DNA from: Candidatus Caldarchaeales archaeon
GTDB lineage: Archaea > Thermoproteota > Nitrososphaeria_A > Caldarchaeales > Calditenuaceae
Reading direction: 5' to 3'
Assembly (NCBI GenBank): GCA_032249095.1
Contig: JAVVGN010000045.1
Coordinates: forward strand, 1-15,992
Length of the DNA: 15,992 nucleotides
Of this stretch, positions 13,511 to 15,992 are shown piece by piece. Numbering within the stretch: the first letter of the stretch is position 1; each line of letters begins with the position of its first letter. Below the pieces are notes generated by a model. The model saw only the letters and a list, made by a program, of their open reading frames with translations, was not told the DNA's origin and ran no database searches. The position numbers and the translations under genes are program-made.

Positions 13511-14938
13511 TTATAAATGGTTTTTAAATAGTGGTAGTTTTGTGATTAACAGTTTGTTTGGTCGGCCTTGTTTGGTCGAGAGTTGGGGCTGGGGGGCGTT
13601 TGTGTCTCTGCGGTAGAGGTATTCTGCGAGTATTACGATGGCTGCTGTTAGGGCCGCTGTGAATATTATCATTGCTGCACCCTCGAGGAGCCACTGGCCC
13701 TGAGAGTAGTTGTATATGAGTGTGAAGATGAAGTCCCAGTATGGGAAGCCTAGGTTCATTACGACTGCGAGGGGGGCGAGGGCCGCGGTGGCCACTATGG
13801 GGTGGAATGCGAGGCGTGTGGGGCGGGGTTCGTCGCTGTTGGGTCTAAAGGCTATCTGGGCCGCCAGCATGGCTAGAAAGGGGCCGACTGGGTAGAAGTA
13901 GTAGGGGTAGAACTGGCGTGCGAGGACGCCCTGCAGCATCCCGGACCAGTTGGCGGTCCAGTAGTTTCTCGGCAGCAGGAGCATGGTTAGGACTGAGGCG
14001 GAGGCGGCTACCGCGAGGTTTGCGGGTATGTGGAGCCTTCCCTGGAGCGCTCTGTAGAGGATTACCGCCAGCGTGACGAGGGGTGTTATGAAGGGTAGCG
14101 TGTTCCAGAATACTTGACCCATCCCGAGGTATGAAAGGATGTACCACGGAAGTGATTGGGGGACTCCGATGACGAAGGGGCCAACTATTGGTGATAATGG
14201 AATATTGTTAAAGGTCAGGTGACCCTCGACGGTTGTCTTGATTGTCTGTTGTATCCAAAGCCAAGGATTCAGAGATAATGAGATAATTGGCGGGAACATG
14301 TATAAGGCTAGGCGTTTAGGATTAAGCTGATGATGTAACAATAAAAAGAGTGCGAGGACTATGATGAGGATTAGAAACGTCAATTTGGTGAGAACCGCCA
14401 TAGATGCGAACACCGCAGCCAATATAAGATCTCTCCGCCTTTTACTTCTGTACAAACAATATACGCTTGTTACTGCAAATAACGTACCTATTGAGTCGAG
14501 GTATGCTGTAGAATATTGTATTAGGAAGGGGTCAAGTGCTGTGAGAGATGCCGCAACTAATGCTGCTTTATGAGAACGTTTTTTGACAAGCATGTATGTG
14601 GGGATTGTAGTCAGACTGGAGGCTAAAATGGGTGCTAAAAGTCCTGCCTGAGCGTGACCAATAATGGGACCTATTGTGCTGGCTGTCAATCCGGTAAGTA
14701 TCATGCCCAGCGGTGGAACGCCTGTGTTTATTCCTGCCAGCGCTGTGATGTTGAGTGCTTTGATATTTTCGATGTATTGTATTCCGAAAACTGTATAAGT
14801 GTCTACATCGAATATGATTAGAGATGAAGCTCCCCACCCCGGGTATATCCACGTACTGTAGCGTAGAGTGAATCCAAATGTGGTTACGAGCAACAGGGCA
14901 ATTAAGTATCTCTTCGAAAACCATCTGTGCCTACACAT
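13511..14938 (-). CDS. GT-C fold glycosyltransferase, PMT/ArnT-like (GT39/GT83-type, PMT_2-like) polytopic membrane protein
   Basis: 475 aa with about 11-13 hydrophobic helices. An acidic loop motif (IIFDVDTY) follows TM1. The block KAALVAASLTALDPFLIQYSTAYLDSIGTLFAVTSVYCLY...AAVFASMAVLTKLTFLI fits the conserved PMT_2/ArnT core pattern. ATG start with a TATA-like caaataaatac about 30 nt upstream. Confidence 0.7.
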   Translation of the reverse strand: MCRHRWFSKRYLIALLLVTTFGFTLRYSTWIYPGWGASSLIIFDVDTYTVFGIQYIENIKALNITALAGINTGVPPLGMILTGLTASTIGPIIGHAQAGLLAPILASSLTTIPTYMLVKKRSHKAALVAASLTALDPFLIQYSTAYLDSIGTLFAVTSVYCLYRSKRRRDLILAAVFASMAVLTKLTFLILIIVLALFLLLHHQLNPKRLALYMFPPIISLSLNPWLWIQQTIKTTVEGHLTFNNIPLSPIVGPFVIGVPQSLPWYILSYLGMGQVFWNTLPFITPLVTLAVILYRALQGRLHIPANLAVAASASVLTMLLLPRNYWTANWSGMLQGVLARQFYPYYFYPVGPFLAMLAAQIAFRPNSDEPRPTRLAFHPIVATAALAPLAVVMNLGFPYWDFIFTLIYNYSQGQWLLEGAAMIIFTAALTAAIVILAEYLYRRDTNAPQPQLSTKQGRPNKLLITKLPLFKNHL

Positions 14939-15034
14939 CTTTCAGTATCCAAACATATTTCCCCTGTATTTATTTGGTATAGATAATGAGTGTGTACAGC
15001 TTATAACAGTTATAATCTTCTTTGTGCATTCTTG
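14939..15034. promoter_or_regulatory. AT-rich divergent promoter region (GT-C gene leftward, DMT gene rightward)
   Basis: gtatttattt (14967-14976; minus strand aaataaatac) lies about 30 nt from the ATG at 14938. agttataatc (15008-15017) lies about 20-35 nt upstream of the ATGs at 15035 and 15047. Confidence 0.45.
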
Positions 15035-15397
15035 ATGCTGGTCTTGATGCCTTGGCTTCTCGGAATAGTCGTTGTGTTATTAGTAGGTCTGAATACGTTG
15101 TTCTGGGGGTTTGCCCTTAAAGAGGTGGGTGATCCGGAGTTTAATCTTGGATTTATGCTAGAGTTAGTCTTCAATAGATGGTTCATGTTGGCTATGGTAA
15201 GCGGTTTTGCTGTAGCTGTCTTGAGTTACTGGGTGTATAGTGCTTTAGGTGTAATGCTTGGGAGGTTCTTCCTCTCCATATCTATTGTGTCTGTTTTAAT
15301 CGTGGGTGTGTTTGTTCTCGGTGAAAAAATAAGCATAGAGCAATGGATAGGAGTGGTGCTAGTAACTATAGGGGTACTACTGATAGGTAGAGTATAG
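15035..15397 (+). CDS. Small four-TM DMT/EamA-type membrane protein (ArnE/ArnF-like candidate lipid-linked sugar flippase subunit)
   Basis: About 120 aa with four hydrophobic helices. The C-terminal VLGEKISIEQWIGVVLVTIGVLLI is the typical EamA/SMR-like terminal helix motif. The ORF track opens at GTG 14990, but the ATG at 15035 (or 15047) fits the promoter better. Confidence 0.6.
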   Translation: MLVLMPWLLGIVVVLLVGLNTLFWGFALKEVGDPEFNLGFMLELVFNRWFMLAMVSGFAVAVLSYWVYSALGVMLGRFFLSISIVSVLIVGVFVLGEKISIEQWIGVVLVTIGVLLIGRV

Positions 15398-15405
15398 ATT
15401 TCCTG

Positions 15406-15930
15406 CTACAGCTCCCAGACACAGGTTGTCCTAGGATTCTTACAAACTACTTCCTCAACTATCTTTGCCTTTCCTAAAACTTCTTCAATCATTTTTAGCG
15501 CTATTTCTCTCTTTTTATGCCCTTTGTCGTGAAACTGGACTATAATCGTTCTGACCCCAAGTGACGGCAGTAGCATAATCTCCTCTAGGACGGCGTGTTC
15601 GCATCCCTCACAGTTCAGTTTAACTACTTCCGGCCTGTACTCCTTTACTAGCTGTTGCAAACTATATGTTGGGACATCAAGCAGCAAATCACCTTTAGGG
15701 GCTCTCAAGCCATACGTATCGAGCCCAACCGATTGGGGAATCCACGGGACTGGTTCACCGACTGAGGCAAGTAGAGTAATCACGAGGAGATTTTTGCAGT
15801 TTTCGACAAGCACTTCATAGTGTTCCTTTACAGGCTCAACCGCGATAACCCTCTTGGCGCCCTTAAAAAGCCATAGTAGCACTGTGTCTCCTATGTATGC
15901 CCCTACATCAAGCACAGTCTTCCTGTCCAC
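15406..15930 (-). CDS. FkbM-family SAM-dependent methyltransferase
   Basis: It has LDVGAYIGDT (SAM glycine-rich motif), VIAVEPV, and VVKLNCEGCEHAVL, the counterpart of the FkbM iKiDiEGaE block. GTG start with cttaaatag 25 nt upstream. 174 aa is short for the family. Confidence 0.7.
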   Translation of the reverse strand: MDRKTVLDVGAYIGDTVLLWLFKGAKRVIAVEPVKEHYEVLVENCKNLLVITLLASVGEPVPWIPQSVGLDTYGLRAPKGDLLLDVPTYSLQQLVKEYRPEVVKLNCEGCEHAVLEEIMLLPSLGVRTIIVQFHDKGHKKREIALKMIEEVLGKAKIVEEVVCKNPRTTCVWEL

Positions 15931-15954
15931 ATTTACATCGAGCTCGTCTCCAAA

Positions 15955-15963
15955 CTATTTAAG
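15955..15963 (-). promoter_or_regulatory. TATA-box candidate for the FkbM-like gene
   Basis: The minus strand reads cttaaatag, ending 25 nt upstream of the GTG at 15930, consistent with a leaderless transcript. Confidence 0.45.
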
Positions 15964-15992
15964 CTTCTTCTGAGCATGGTGTATTATGGAGT

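Noticed and set aside
13845-14924. ORFs 13845-14147 (-), 14361-14573 (+) and 14568-14924 (-), and 13710-13895 (+), inside the GT-C gene.
   Set aside because: They are off-frame or antisense to a 475-aa ORF with a consistent polytopic membrane profile and GT-C motifs, and they have no features of their own.

Overview
This is a high-GC archaeal window, about 58-63% G+C by hand counts, dropping to about 40% at the right end. It looks crenarchaeal, possibly Aeropyrum or Desulfurococcales-like, though this is inference only. Supporting signs are TATA-like boxes 25-33 nt upstream of leaderless starts, GGTGA-type Shine-Dalgarno motifs inside operons, five TTG and two to three GTG starts among 16 genes, and AGG/AGA/ATA codon usage. 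Left third: a vapBC toxin-antitoxin pair behind a perfectly duplicated 26-bp promoter element; heme O synthase (ctaB); a frameshifted, truncated transposase relic; FAD (CoxM-like) and 2Fe-2S (CoxS-like) subunits of a molybdenum hydroxylase with no large subunit nearby; and an NPPY (HemK/Mtq2-like) methyltransferase. Centre (4.9-13.5 kb, all minus strand): the most interesting block. Five consecutive, translationally coupled genes encode proteins of 172-605 aa with archaeal class III (type IV prepilin-like) N-termini, falling into two paralogous families. A secreted protein that is about half threonine lies between them. One pilin-like protein also carries a Thr-rich stalk of about 157 aa and a C-terminal membrane-anchor-like signal. 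The block ends with a polytopic membrane protein fused to a wHTH, three zinc ribbons and an alpha/beta domain. No pilus ATPase, platform protein or prepilin peptidase is present. Right: a GT-C (PMT/ArnT-like) glycosyltransferase, a small four-TM DMT protein (ArnE/F-like) and an FkbM methyltransferase. These lie in a low-GC island whose boundary falls inside the GT-C gene. My working hypothesis is an uncharacterised, heavily O-glycosylated surface filament or adhesin system with its own membrane-tethered regulator. All functional calls rest on reading motifs by eye; no searches were run.
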